A stretch of 43,531 bases of DNA from Parcubacteria group bacterium GW2011_GWA2_38_13 (GCA_000992395.1 LBUD01000003.1:1-43531), one strand, 5' to 3'; counted from the stretch's first letter, positions 24,368-33,141 are shown. Program-made: numbers and translations. Notes: a model not told the origin generated them from the sequence alone.

Positions 24368-26625
24368 TCTAAGTTTAATATTACATTAATAGTTTGATCA
24401 GCGTTTAAAATTATAGGCAGAGGCGGATCTGATGTTAAAATATTGTAAGTCGAGGCGACAATCGGATAATCATCCCATTCAAGTCCTGATAAAGTAAGTG
24501 TTCCGTTTGCATTGGTAGAAAAATTATTTGAATATTTATAGATAACCGGATTTTCGCCGATTTTTTTTATTCCGTGGATGGATAAAGGAACATTTCCAAT
24601 GTTGGTAATTATTTGGGGATCAATATTATATACTGCGGCCTTAATATCAAGATTTCCGCCGTTATTATCCTGCCATGTTACAGTAAGAAATCCGTTTTTG
24701 TTAATAAATATATCGGGATTTCCCTGTTCATTGGAATTCGTTTGGTTGATGCGCGTGTCGAATTCAATAAGTTTATTTCCGTCCGAATCGATTTTTTGCA
24801 TAAAGATGTCGGAATTCCCATACCTATTGTCTTCCCAAACAATATAAAAATTATTTGAATTATCTTCAATTATCGCGGGAACATCCTGCGAACTTTCGCC
24901 TATGTCGGAATTAATCCGCACATCATTTGCCCATATTTTTGCGCTGTTAGTATCATATTTTTGGGAAAAAATATCATAATTGCCAAACCGAGCATCTTGC
25001 CATGTGTAATAAAGGTAATTGTCATTTGAAATTACGAAATCCGGATTCATTTGTTCCGTGGTGGTGGCGTCCGTATTAATCCTGGTGTCATTAGCCCAGA
25101 CATTATTTCCATCCTGGTTGTATTTCTGTGAGAATATGTCATTATTGCTATTACGATTGTCGTACCAAGCGAAGTAGAGGTTTTCATTTCCCTCGATTAT
25201 CATTGTGTCAATTTGAATTTTTGGCATACCCTGCGTAGCGGTTGTAGCATCTGTATTAATGCGTTTTTCCGAAGCCCAGACTCCATTTCCCGCTGGCGTA
25301 AATTTTTGCGCGTAAATATCATTAACATCATTTCTGGAATCCTGCCAGATTATATATTCAAATGTTGAAGATGCGTTTATGATTATTTGAGGAATGGTTT
25401 GGTCTGCTGATTCCGCCTGCGTGTCTACTTTTTTTCCTTCTCCCCATTCCTGATTTCCCGAAGAATTTATTTTTGAAAAATAAATATCCTGATTTCCGTT
25501 TCTATCATCATTCCATACCACATATATATAGCAATCTTTGTCAACGGCAACGTCGGGATTGTTTTGATTGTTCGCCGTTGTCAGGGCAAGATCCGGGTTC
25601 CACTGTTTAATTCGGTTAGCATCATATTTTTGCGCGTAAATTCTTGGATTGTCATTTTGCCTTTTATCGCGCCAGGTGAATATATAGCTTCCGTCCGGGC
25701 ATATGGCCATACTTGGATTATCTTGATCATAGGCTGTTGCATCGGTATTTATAACCCAATCAGCGGCAACAGATTGGCGGATGGTCCTGATATTTAATTG
25801 CGAAACAATATCTATGGCAAATCCGATTTCATTAAAATCGCCTTCAATTACGGATGCGTTCGCCTTGGTTGGAACGGGATTTCCAACCGCATCGGTGCAC
25901 GCGGCGCCGGCAACATCAATGGAGCATGTCCGATCGGTGCTGTAATTCGTTTTTGTCGTAACGATTGAATATTTGTTCGTTCCTGCCGGCGCTCCGGGAA
26001 TTACGACTCTTCCTAAAGAATTTGTCTGCGTATTTATATCAACGGTAGATGTTGCAAATGACGCTTGCACCCGCACGCTTGCCTGCGGGACTGCCTGCCC
26101 GCTGGCATTAAATACAACAATGGAAAGAGTGCCGGTTCCGGCAACATTATGATTTCTTTTTGGCGAAATTGATGTGACAAATGTCTGGGTCTGGTTTCCC
26201 ATGGGACCGGTCCATGAAATTTGCATCCTTACTTTTTTATAATCGGTTCCGGAAAAATCGGTCGGGGAAATTCCGTCAGCGGGATCATCAACGTACACTA
26301 TATAATAATTTATGGAATAATCAGTGCCGTTCACATTATCAATTTCATTTTGCGGAAACACGCCCGATGGAATTCCGCTAACGGTTCCCACATTGTCATA
26401 CGATAAATTTTTTATTATTTCTAATTTTTCTTCTCCAAGCGCTATCGCCTGGACGAGAAGTTTATTTTCCATAACCAATCGCAGGGCAAAAGAAAACATA
26501 CCCAGTATGGCGACTACCAGGATTGAAATTATGAATACCGACAAGACGGCCTCAATAAGCGTGAAACCATCGCGTCTCGCGCCTGATGCGCATGTTTTAA
26601 TATTTTGTATTGATTTTAATTTCAT
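24364..26625 (-). CDS. Giant PilV-like prepilin fused to a beta-sandwich domain, a seven-repeat propeller-like domain and a C-terminal beta-sandwich
   Basis: RRDG|FTLIEAVLSVFIISIL (Glu +5). CarboxypepD_reg-like GTLSIVVFNASGQAVPQASVRV. Seven repeats of about 50 aa carrying W.D.R...DI[YF].QK[YF]. 753 aa. Confidence 0.8.
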   Translation of the reverse strand: MKLKSIQNIKTCASGARRDGFTLIEAVLSVFIISILVVAILGMFSFALRLVMENKLLVQAIALGEEKLEIIKNLSYDNVGTVSGIPSGVFPQNEIDNVNGTDYSINYYIVYVDDPADGISPTDFSGTDYKKVRMQISWTGPMGNQTQTFVTSISPKRNHNVAGTGTLSIVVFNASGQAVPQASVRVQASFATSTVDINTQTNSLGRVVIPGAPAGTNKYSIVTTKTNYSTDRTCSIDVAGAACTDAVGNPVPTKANASVIEGDFNEIGFAIDIVSQLNIRTIRQSVAADWVINTDATAYDQDNPSMAICPDGSYIFTWRDKRQNDNPRIYAQKYDANRIKQWNPDLALTTANNQNNPDVAVDKDCYIYVVWNDDRNGNQDIYFSKINSSGNQEWGEGKKVDTQAESADQTIPQIIINASSTFEYIIWQDSRNDVNDIYAQKFTPAGNGVWASEKRINTDATTATQGMPKIQIDTMIIEGNENLYFAWYDNRNSNNDIFSQKYNQDGNNVWANDTRINTDATTTEQMNPDFVISNDNYLYYTWQDARFGNYDIFSQKYDTNSAKIWANDVRINSDIGESSQDVPAIIEDNSNNFYIVWEDNRYGNSDIFMQKIDSDGNKLIEFDTRINQTNSNEQGNPDIFINKNGFLTVTWQDNNGGNLDIKAAVYNIDPQIITNIGNVPLSIHGIKKIGENPVIYKYSNNFSTNANGTLTLSGLEWDDYPIVASTYNILTSDPPLPIILNADQTINVILNLE

Positions 26626-26630
26626 TGCGT

Positions 26631-27806
26631 TTATACCTGCTCTGCCAATGAGTACATTGGCATAATTATCGCAACCGCCATCGCGCCCACGCCCACGCCC
26701 AAGATAAGCATCAAAACCGGCTCAATAATAGCCGGAAGATTTTTCATAATTTGGTCAACCTCGTCTTCAAAAAATACCGCGGATTGCTCCAAAATGGTAT
26801 CAATCGCGCCGGTTTCTTCCCCGACCGCGATCATTTGCATGATAACGGGCGGAAAAAGAGTTGAGTACGCTTCCAGCGAATCGTGCACGTTTTTTCCTTT
26901 TTTAATTTTTTCTTTGCCTTCAAGAAGCGCGCGTTTATACAGCTCGTTTCCAAGAATGTTGGATGTGATTTCAAAACTTTTTACAATCGCTATGTCTGTT
27001 TTTAAAAGCGAACTGAGCGTTCTGCAAAAGCGCGCAAGATTTATTTTTTTTATAATATTTCCCGCAATCGGGGTTTTTAAAATCATGGTATGCACAATAA
27101 ACCGGCTCTTGGGTGTTAGAATCAACTTGCGAAGCAAGATGATGGCGACTACCACAGCGATAAGAATAAAAATGCCGTATGCGAGAGTAAATTCTGAAAT
27201 TGCAATAAGAACGCGTGTTGCAAGCGGAAGTGTGCCGCCCATTTCTTTAAAAATAGCGGTTAAATTCGGAACAACGTATATTATAACCATGATTGCCACT
27301 CCGACCATTGCCGTCACAACAACTGCGGGATAAATCATAGCGCTTTTTACTTTGGATATAATGTCGTGGTCTTTTTTCATCTGCACGAAAAGCTGTTTGA
27401 AAACCTCTTCAAGTTTTCCGCTTGATTCTCCGGCTCGCACCATATTGACAAAAAGTTCGCCGAAAACTATTTTGTGCTCTTCCAGCCCTTCCGACAGCAG
27501 GTTGCCGCGTTCAACCGTTGCCTGAAGGTCGGCAAGTATGGCTTTGAACTTTTTGTTAACAGTCTGCTCGGCGAGAGTTTTCAATGCTATACCCAAAGAA
27601 ATACCGGTTTGAACCATGATCCCAACCTGTTGGACGAAAAAAATTTTATCTTTCACGGAAATTCTGGATAGCAGATTTTCTATAAAGGAAATATTTAATT
27701 TTTTTTCTTTTTGTTTTTGTTTGGGGGTTTTTGCGGCTTCATCATTTTCCGTAATAGTGTTTGCCGGCGTAGCGATGTTTGGTCGCGGATCAGGGGAAAT
27801 AGCCAT
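26631..27806 (-). CDS. pilC: Type IV pilus platform protein PilC (GspF family)
   Basis: Two GspF-type repeats (IFFVQQVGIMVQTGISL; MIAVGEETGAIDTIL) and three TM segments. Confidence 0.92.
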   Translation of the reverse strand: MAISPDPRPNIATPANTITENDEAAKTPKQKQKEKKLNISFIENLLSRISVKDKIFFVQQVGIMVQTGISLGIALKTLAEQTVNKKFKAILADLQATVERGNLLSEGLEEHKIVFGELFVNMVRAGESSGKLEEVFKQLFVQMKKDHDIISKVKSAMIYPAVVVTAMVGVAIMVIIYVVPNLTAIFKEMGGTLPLATRVLIAISEFTLAYGIFILIAVVVAIILLRKLILTPKSRFIVHTMILKTPIAGNIIKKINLARFCRTLSSLLKTDIAIVKSFEITSNILGNELYKRALLEGKEKIKKGKNVHDSLEAYSTLFPPVIMQMIAVGEETGAIDTILEQSAVFFEDEVDQIMKNLPAIIEPVLMLILGVGVGAMAVAIIMPMYSLAEQV

Positions 27807-27838
27807 AATAAATATTTTTAAAAATTTTTAATTTAAAC

Positions 27839-29572
27839 TCACTCTTTCGTCACCCTAAGTATTTCTTCAACGGTTGTAACGCCATTTTTTGCTTTGATAA
27901 ATCCGTCTTCAAGAATAGATATCATGCTTTGTTTTTTTGCAACAATTTTTAATTCCTCATTTGAAGCTTTTTTCACAAGCAGGGATGAAATTTCCGGAGT
28001 AATTTCCAATGCTTCGTATATCCCGATTCTTCCCTTAAAGCCTTCCTGGTTACACGCCTTGCATCCTTTACCCCGATAGAATAGTAGTTTGTCCAGGCTT
28101 TGTTTTTCCAAAGAAATTATTTTTTCTCTCTCAAGAGTTTTCACAAGCTCTTTGAGATTTATAATTTTATCAAGCTCGTCAACACCTTTTTTATCAAGCG
28201 TGTAGCTATAAATGCATTTTGGGCAGATTTTTCTTACCAGCCTTTGCGCAATAATTATATTTGTCGTATTGGCAATAAGAAAAGACGGTATTCCCATATC
28301 GCAGAGGCGGGGAAGCGTCGTTATGGCATCATTTGTGTGAAGAGTGGATAGTACCAGGTGTCCGGTCATTGCCGCATGTACTGCTATTTCGGCTGTTTCC
28401 GGATCGCGGATTTCGCCGACCATTATAATATTCGGATCTTGGCGCAAGAATGCCCGAAGTCCCGCGGCAAACGTATATCCGATTTTTGGATTCACCTGAC
28501 TTTGATTAACATGCGCCATTCTGTATTCAATAGGATCTTCTATGGTTGTGATATTTACTTTCGGCGTATTGAGCACGTTGAGGAATGTATAGAGCGTGGT
28601 TGTTTTTCCCGAACCCGTGGGACCTGTTACAAGAATCATTCCATGAGGCTTTGAAATATTTCGTTTTATAGTGGCAAGAACGGTGGGAAGAAATCCAAGC
28701 TGTTCAATGGTAAGAAGCTGGCCTTTTTCATTCAACAGCCTCATCACGACTTTTTCACCTTCAAATGTCGGAATTATAGAAACCCTAAATGAAACATTAT
28801 ATTCATTTGTCTGAATTTTAAATCTACCGTCTTGAGGAAGCCGGTGCTCGTCTAATTTAAGATTGGATAAAATTTTTATTCTTGCGACAATTCCGGCGTG
28901 CACTGATTTCGGAAGCGTCATGACGTTTCTTAAGATGCCGTCAATCCTGTATCGGGCGTCAACTTCTTTTTCTTCGGGTTCTATATGGATATCGGATGCT
29001 CCTTCAAATATGGCGTATTCTAAAAGCGTATCTACGATGCGGATAATGGGAAGGTCTTGGGCGAGTTCTTTCAGGTCTTTATTGTCAGGGTCCGGCTGGC
29101 CGGTTTCCTGTTCTTTTTTTATATTGCCAAATTCCACCTGAAGCCCGAGATGATATGACTTTAAAGCTTCGGAAAAGGATGATGGGGTTGTAATAAAAAT
29201 TTTTACGTCAAGATTCGTCTTTTTTTTCAAAAAGTCAAAAAGTTCAATGTCTTTTGGGTTTAATGTCGCTATGTGAAGATCCTTTTCATCTTTATCAAAA
29301 GCAATGATTTTATGCGCCTGGGCGATTGCTTCCGGAATAAGCATGAGGATGTCTTTTCTGATTTTTTTATCTTTTAAATCCGTGAAAGGTATGCTGTGTT
29401 TATCCGCAATGGCCTGGTATATTTGATTTTCATTTAATACTTTATTTTGCTTGAGATATTCCAGTGCTCCAATATTGGTTTCTTTTGCTTTGCGCTCATA
29501 TTCCTTGAGTTCCGGCTGGGTAATGAGTTTTTGTAGTATAAGAATTTCAATTATTTGATTTTCGCTTAACAT
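27839..29572 (-). CDS. pilB: Type IV pilus assembly ATPase PilB (GspE family)
   Basis: N-terminal GSPII_E_N-like domain, Walker A GPTGSGKTTT, Asp/His boxes, and a C-terminal tetracysteine (CPKC...CKAC). Confidence 0.95.
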   Translation of the reverse strand: MLSENQIIEILILQKLITQPELKEYERKAKETNIGALEYLKQNKVLNENQIYQAIADKHSIPFTDLKDKKIRKDILMLIPEAIAQAHKIIAFDKDEKDLHIATLNPKDIELFDFLKKKTNLDVKIFITTPSSFSEALKSYHLGLQVEFGNIKKEQETGQPDPDNKDLKELAQDLPIIRIVDTLLEYAIFEGASDIHIEPEEKEVDARYRIDGILRNVMTLPKSVHAGIVARIKILSNLKLDEHRLPQDGRFKIQTNEYNVSFRVSIIPTFEGEKVVMRLLNEKGQLLTIEQLGFLPTVLATIKRNISKPHGMILVTGPTGSGKTTTLYTFLNVLNTPKVNITTIEDPIEYRMAHVNQSQVNPKIGYTFAAGLRAFLRQDPNIIMVGEIRDPETAEIAVHAAMTGHLVLSTLHTNDAITTLPRLCDMGIPSFLIANTTNIIIAQRLVRKICPKCIYSYTLDKKGVDELDKIINLKELVKTLEREKIISLEKQSLDKLLFYRGKGCKACNQEGFKGRIGIYEALEITPEISSLLVKKASNEELKIVAKKQSMISILEDGFIKAKNGVTTVEEILRVTKE

Positions 29573-29663
29573 AGTATTTTTTTGTTTGATTTGATTTATA
29601 ATTTTTTATTGGTATTGCTTTGTAATTATACCATAATTTATATATATGTGGAAATACACGAAG

Positions 29664-29692
29664 TGGACAAATTTTAAAATTACCAGTATAAT
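29664..29692 (+). promoter_or_regulatory. Sigma-70-like promoter
   Basis: TGGACA 29664-29669, 17-nt spacer, TATAAT 29687-29692. 18 nt before the ATG at 29711. Confidence 0.55.
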
Positions 29693-29710
29693 TTTAAAAA
29701 CTACTAAAAT

Positions 29711-30064
29711 ATGAAAAAAATATTGATTTCAAACATTTTTCGCGATGATATTTTTCAGCTTGGCGTTATAATTAATATTATGATAAATATTGCTCTGTGG
29801 GTGTTTCTTTATGGGCGCGTCAAATCCGCAAGCGATCCCATAACGCTTCAATATAATATATATTTCGGCATAAGTTATATGGGAGAGTGGTATAAGATTT
29901 TTGTCATGCCAATTATCGGGTTATTGATTTTTTTGCTGAATTATATTTTGTCTTATTATATTTATAGAAATGACACAATCGCCGCTTATTTTCTTATGGT
30001 GTCTGCAGTGGCAATCCAGGCGCTCTTACTATTATCGGCTCATTTGATTACCGTTTATACTTAA
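29711..30064 (+). CDS. Small integral membrane protein (3-4 TM), unknown function
   Basis: 117-aa hydrophobic ORF with its own promoter. Confidence 0.6.
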   Translation: MKKILISNIFRDDIFQLGVIINIMINIALWVFLYGRVKSASDPITLQYNIYFGISYMGEWYKIFVMPIIGLLIFLLNYILSYYIYRNDTIAAYFLMVSAVAIQALLLLSAHLITVYT

Positions 30065-30073
30065 TATAAATAA

Positions 30074-30203
30074 AAATACGAAATCCTAATATCTAAATTC
30101 TAAACAAATCCCAAATTATAAATCCAAATAAACCAAACCGTTTTGAATTTATTATTTTGAATTTCAATATTGTCTAGGATTTCGGATTTAGAATTTCGTA
30201 TTT
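30074..30203. repeat. Long imperfect palindrome, family B (CGAAATCCTAAAT / TCTAAACAAATC words), short copy
   Basis: AAATACGAAATCCTAATATCTAAATTCTAAAC pairs imperfectly with GTCTAGGATTTCGGATTTAGAATTTCGTATTT. Fills the spacer before mraY. Confidence 0.75.
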
Positions 30204-30212
30204 AATAACTTT

Positions 30213-31271
30213 ATGGAAATTTTTTTTATCTTAAAAGTATTTTTTTTGGGAGTCATTTCTTTTATTTTGGCGTTTGCGTGGACGCCTGTCCTTACGCATT
30301 TTTTGTATAAATATAAATTAGGAAAAAGCATCCGATCCGCCGAGCTTGCTCCCGTATTCGCTTCAATGCACCGGAAAAAAGAAGGAACGCCGACTATGGG
30401 AGGCTTGCTTGTTTGGGTGACAACTCTTGTGCTTACAATATTTTTCTTTTACATGGGAAAAATTTTTGATGACCGGTGGGGGCAACTTAATTTCTTATCA
30501 AGATCCGAAGTGCTTTTGCCTTTGGGCGCTTTAATAGCATCGGCCTTGGTCGGCCTTGCGGATGATCTTATAGACATTTTCCGGCTCGGAAAAAAAAGCG
30601 GGGGATTGCAGATGCGGCACAGATTTTTAATATATTCAGTTATTGCAATTATCGGCGCGTATTGGTTTTATTTCAAATTAGACTGGACCACGATTCATGT
30701 TCCTTTCATGGGTAATTATGACATCGGGTGGTGGTATATTCCATTATTTATTTTTGTTATTGTGGCGACCGCTTTTTCGGTGAATGAAATTGACGGGCTT
30801 GATGGTTTGGCGGGAGGAACGCTTCTTACATCTTTTGCGGCATTCGGCGTGATCGCATTTGTAAATGGAAAGTATAATCTTGCGACATTTTGCTCTGTTA
30901 TCGTAGGAGCGCTTTTGGCATTCCTTTGGTTTAATATCCATCCCGCGCGCTTTTTTATGGGTGATACCGGATCCATGTCGCTTGGGGTTACGCTTGGCGT
31001 AATTGCAATGCTTACCAACTCTGTTTTTTTGCTGCCGATAATAGGATTTCTTTTTGTACTTGAATCGCTATCGGTAATAATTCAGATTGCTTCAAAAAAA
31101 TTGCGCGGAAAAAAAATATTTATCTCCGCGCCGTTTCATCACCACCTGGAAGCCGTCGGCTGGCCCGAAGCTAAAATTGTTATGCGATTTTGGGTGATGT
31201 CCGGCGTTTTCGCCGTGCTTGGGCTTATACTCTTTTTGCTGGATACTTTATACAGGGCGGGGAAGTTTTAG
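30213..31271 (+). CDS. mraY: Phospho-N-acetylmuramoyl-pentapeptide transferase
   Basis: KEGTPTMGG, NEIDGLDGLAGG, FMGDTGS and APFHHHLE motifs. 352 aa, polytopic. Confidence 0.96.
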   Translation: MEIFFILKVFFLGVISFILAFAWTPVLTHFLYKYKLGKSIRSAELAPVFASMHRKKEGTPTMGGLLVWVTTLVLTIFFFYMGKIFDDRWGQLNFLSRSEVLLPLGALIASALVGLADDLIDIFRLGKKSGGLQMRHRFLIYSVIAIIGAYWFYFKLDWTTIHVPFMGNYDIGWWYIPLFIFVIVATAFSVNEIDGLDGLAGGTLLTSFAAFGVIAFVNGKYNLATFCSVIVGALLAFLWFNIHPARFFMGDTGSMSLGVTLGVIAMLTNSVFLLPIIGFLFVLESLSVIIQIASKKLRGKKIFISAPFHHHLEAVGWPEAKIVMRFWVMSGVFAVLGLILFLLDTLYRAGKF

Positions 31272-31291
31272 AATATCGCATAAAAATCGTC

Positions 31292-32758
31292 ATGCAAAAT
31301 AAACAAGAAAACAATTTTAAAGGAAAAAAAGTACTCATTATGGGTTTAGGCTTGCATGGCGGGGGAGTGAGCGTTGCGAATTTTTTTATTAAAGAAGGCG
31401 CGCAGGTCCGGATTACGGATTTAAAAAAACAAGAGGAGCTTTTGCCGTCTTTGAAGAAAATAAAGGAAATAAAAACTCCTCCCCTTACGAAGGGGAGGCG
31501 GGGAGGGGTTACTTATACCCTTGGCAAGCATTTGGAAAAGGATTTTAGATGGGCGGATATGGTTGTGCAAAACCCGGGAGTTCCCAAGGAATCAAAATTT
31601 TTAAAAATCGCGAAGATTCACGGCGCGCAAATTGAAAACGAAGCAACATTATTTTTTCAAATTATCGGACGCGAAAGAATTATTGGCGTTACGGGCACGC
31701 GCGGAAAATCCACCACCACAACATTGATTTATAATATTGTGAAGGAAAAATATCCTCATGCGCTTATCGGCGGAAACATCGCAACCTCTCCTATGTTTGA
31801 TATTATTTATAAAGCGAAAAAGACCCATGATCCAATTGTTTTAGAGCTCTCATCCTGGCATTTGGAAAATTTAGGTGAGAAAGAATTAAGCCCGCATATT
31901 GCCGTTTTTACCAATCTCATGCAGGATCATCTTAATAGATATAAAAATTTGGACGAATACGGACGAGCCAAGGCAAATATCTATTTGCATCAAAGGGAAA
32001 ATGATTTTTTAATATTAAATTGGGATAATTTTTTCACGCTTTCAGGCTCAAAAAACGCATCGGCGCATATATATTGGTTCGGCAAGAAAAAAAATATTGA
32101 TAAGCCGGGATGTTTTATCCAAGACCAATGGGTATATTTTACAACAAAAGAAAAAGAAGAAAAGATTTTTGATTTGTCTGATACATCTTTATTGGGCGAG
32201 CATAATAGGGAAAATATTTTAGCTGCGATTTGTGTTGCAAAAATTATCGGCATCGGCAACGATAGTATTTCGAAGGCAATAAAAAATTTCAAAGGGCTTG
32301 AGCACAGGATGGAATTTGTTATGGATGATAGAGGAGTGCGATATATCAATGATACGGCTGCGACAACGCCTGATGGAGCCATTGCGGCGATAAAGGCCTT
32401 GAGAATTAAGAATCAAGAATTAAGAATCAAGAATATTATTTTAATAGCCGGTGGAAGCGACAAGGGAATCCCGCAGGAGAATTTTAATGAGCTTGGCGTT
32501 TTGATACAAAAATATTGCAAAGCCGTGGTATTATTTAAAGGCGTTGGCAGTGAGAAAATTTTAAAATCCTTACCCGCTACTGGTTACCCGCTACTGGTTA
32601 CTGATATAAAAACCATGGTTGATGCTTTGGGCGTTGCCAAAAGTTTTGCAAAAAAAGGAGATATTGTTTTGCTGTCTCCGGCATGCGCTTCGTTTGGAAT
32701 ATTTCAAAATGAATTTGACCGCGGAAATCAATTCAAGGCGCTGCTGTGCGCCATGTGA
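31292..32758 (+). CDS. murD: UDP-N-acetylmuramoylalanine--D-glutamate ligase
   Basis: KKVLIMGLGLHGGG Rossmann N terminus, GVTGTRGKSTTT P-loop, LSPACASFGIFQNEFDRGNQF C terminus. ATG 31292 is preferred over track start 31190, which overlaps mraY. Confidence 0.93.
   Translation: MQNKQENNFKGKKVLIMGLGLHGGGVSVANFFIKEGAQVRITDLKKQEELLPSLKKIKEIKTPPLTKGRRGGVTYTLGKHLEKDFRWADMVVQNPGVPKESKFLKIAKIHGAQIENEATLFFQIIGRERIIGVTGTRGKSTTTTLIYNIVKEKYPHALIGGNIATSPMFDIIYKAKKTHDPIVLELSSWHLENLGEKELSPHIAVFTNLMQDHLNRYKNLDEYGRAKANIYLHQRENDFLILNWDNFFTLSGSKNASAHIYWFGKKKNIDKPGCFIQDQWVYFTTKEKEEKIFDLSDTSLLGEHNRENILAAICVAKIIGIGNDSISKAIKNFKGLEHRMEFVMDDRGVRYINDTAATTPDGAIAAIKALRIKNQELRIKNIILIAGGSDKGIPQENFNELGVLIQKYCKAVVLFKGVGSEKILKSLPATGYPLLVTDIKTMVDALGVAKSFAKKGDIVLLSPACASFGIFQNEFDRGNQFKALLCAM
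31478..31510. repeat. GC-rich hairpin motif read in frame inside murD
   Basis: CCTCCCCTT-acg-AAGGGGAGG perfect 9-bp stem plus CGGGGAGGGGTT. Encodes PPLTKGRRGGV. Same style as the 32873-33101 repeats. Confidence 0.7.
32402..32434. repeat. 14-nt tandem repeat (AGAATTAAGAATCA, about 2.4 copies) inside murD
   Basis: Read directly. Encodes RIKNQELRIKN just before the conserved LIAGGSDKG. Confidence 0.8.
32570..32603. repeat. 14-nt tandem repeat (TTACCCGCTACTGG, about 2.3 copies) inside murD
   Basis: Read directly. Encodes LPATGYPLLVT. Confidence 0.8.
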
Positions 32759-32781
32759 TTTATGGTTTTAAATGATATTAA

Positions 32782-32862
32782 AAATTCACTGGTTATAAAT
32801 TCCGTCGTCAATTTCCCATTGATAAATATATAGTTGATTTTTGTTGTTTGGATAAGTCCTAA
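32782..32862 (+). pseudogene. Remnant of a DUF559 (Vsr-like endonuclease domain) gene
   Basis: The frame reads K-FTGYKFRRQFPIDKYIVDFCCLDKS-stop, matching the DUF559 core G[YF]KFRRQ.PI..YIVDF.C. It has no start codon, a stop immediately upstream, and the IELDG...H half is missing. Confidence 0.55.
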
Positions 32863-32872
32863 AAACTATCTT

Positions 32873-33101
32873 CACCCTCATCCGTCCCGACTGCTGTCGG
32901 GACACCTTCTCCCGTCCAGGGAGAAGGAAATAATGGAAATATTTTTCTTTCATTAAAATCTCCCTCTCCCTGGACGGCCTGCCTGCCCTGCCTACCGGTC
33001 AGGCAGGCGGTAGGCAGAGGGGGAGGCGGAGAGGGGTCTTGGGAATGTTTTCATTTATTCTCCCTCTCCCTGGACGGGAGAGGGGTGGGGTGAGGGTGTG
33101 G
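32873..33101. mobile_element. GC-rich MITE-like composite palindromic element
   Basis: Left end TCACCCTCATCC..CCTTCTCCCGTCCAGGGAGAAGG resembles the reverse complement of right end CTCCCTCTCCCTGGACGGGAGAGGGGTGGGGTGAGGGTG. Internal hairpins GTCCCGAC/GTCGGGAC and CTGCCTACC/GGTAGGCAG. No coding capacity. Confidence 0.55.
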
Positions 33102-33106
33102 TTAGC

Positions 33107-33131
33107 TTAGCTAAAAAATAGCTAATTTTTT
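33107..33131 (+). terminator. AT-rich terminator-like hairpin
   Basis: TTAGCTA-aaaaa-TAGCTAA followed by TTTTTTGTTTTT. Confidence 0.4.
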
Positions 33132-33141
33132 GTTTTTATGC

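Noticed and set aside
31190-31291. N-terminal ORF extensions: murD from 31190 (overlapping mraY), murC from 37264, murG from 35989, ftsW from 33556 and the GT-C gene from 2358.
   Set aside because: The extensions translate intergenic repeats or promoter sequence and precede the conserved N termini. Internal ATGs with better context were chosen.
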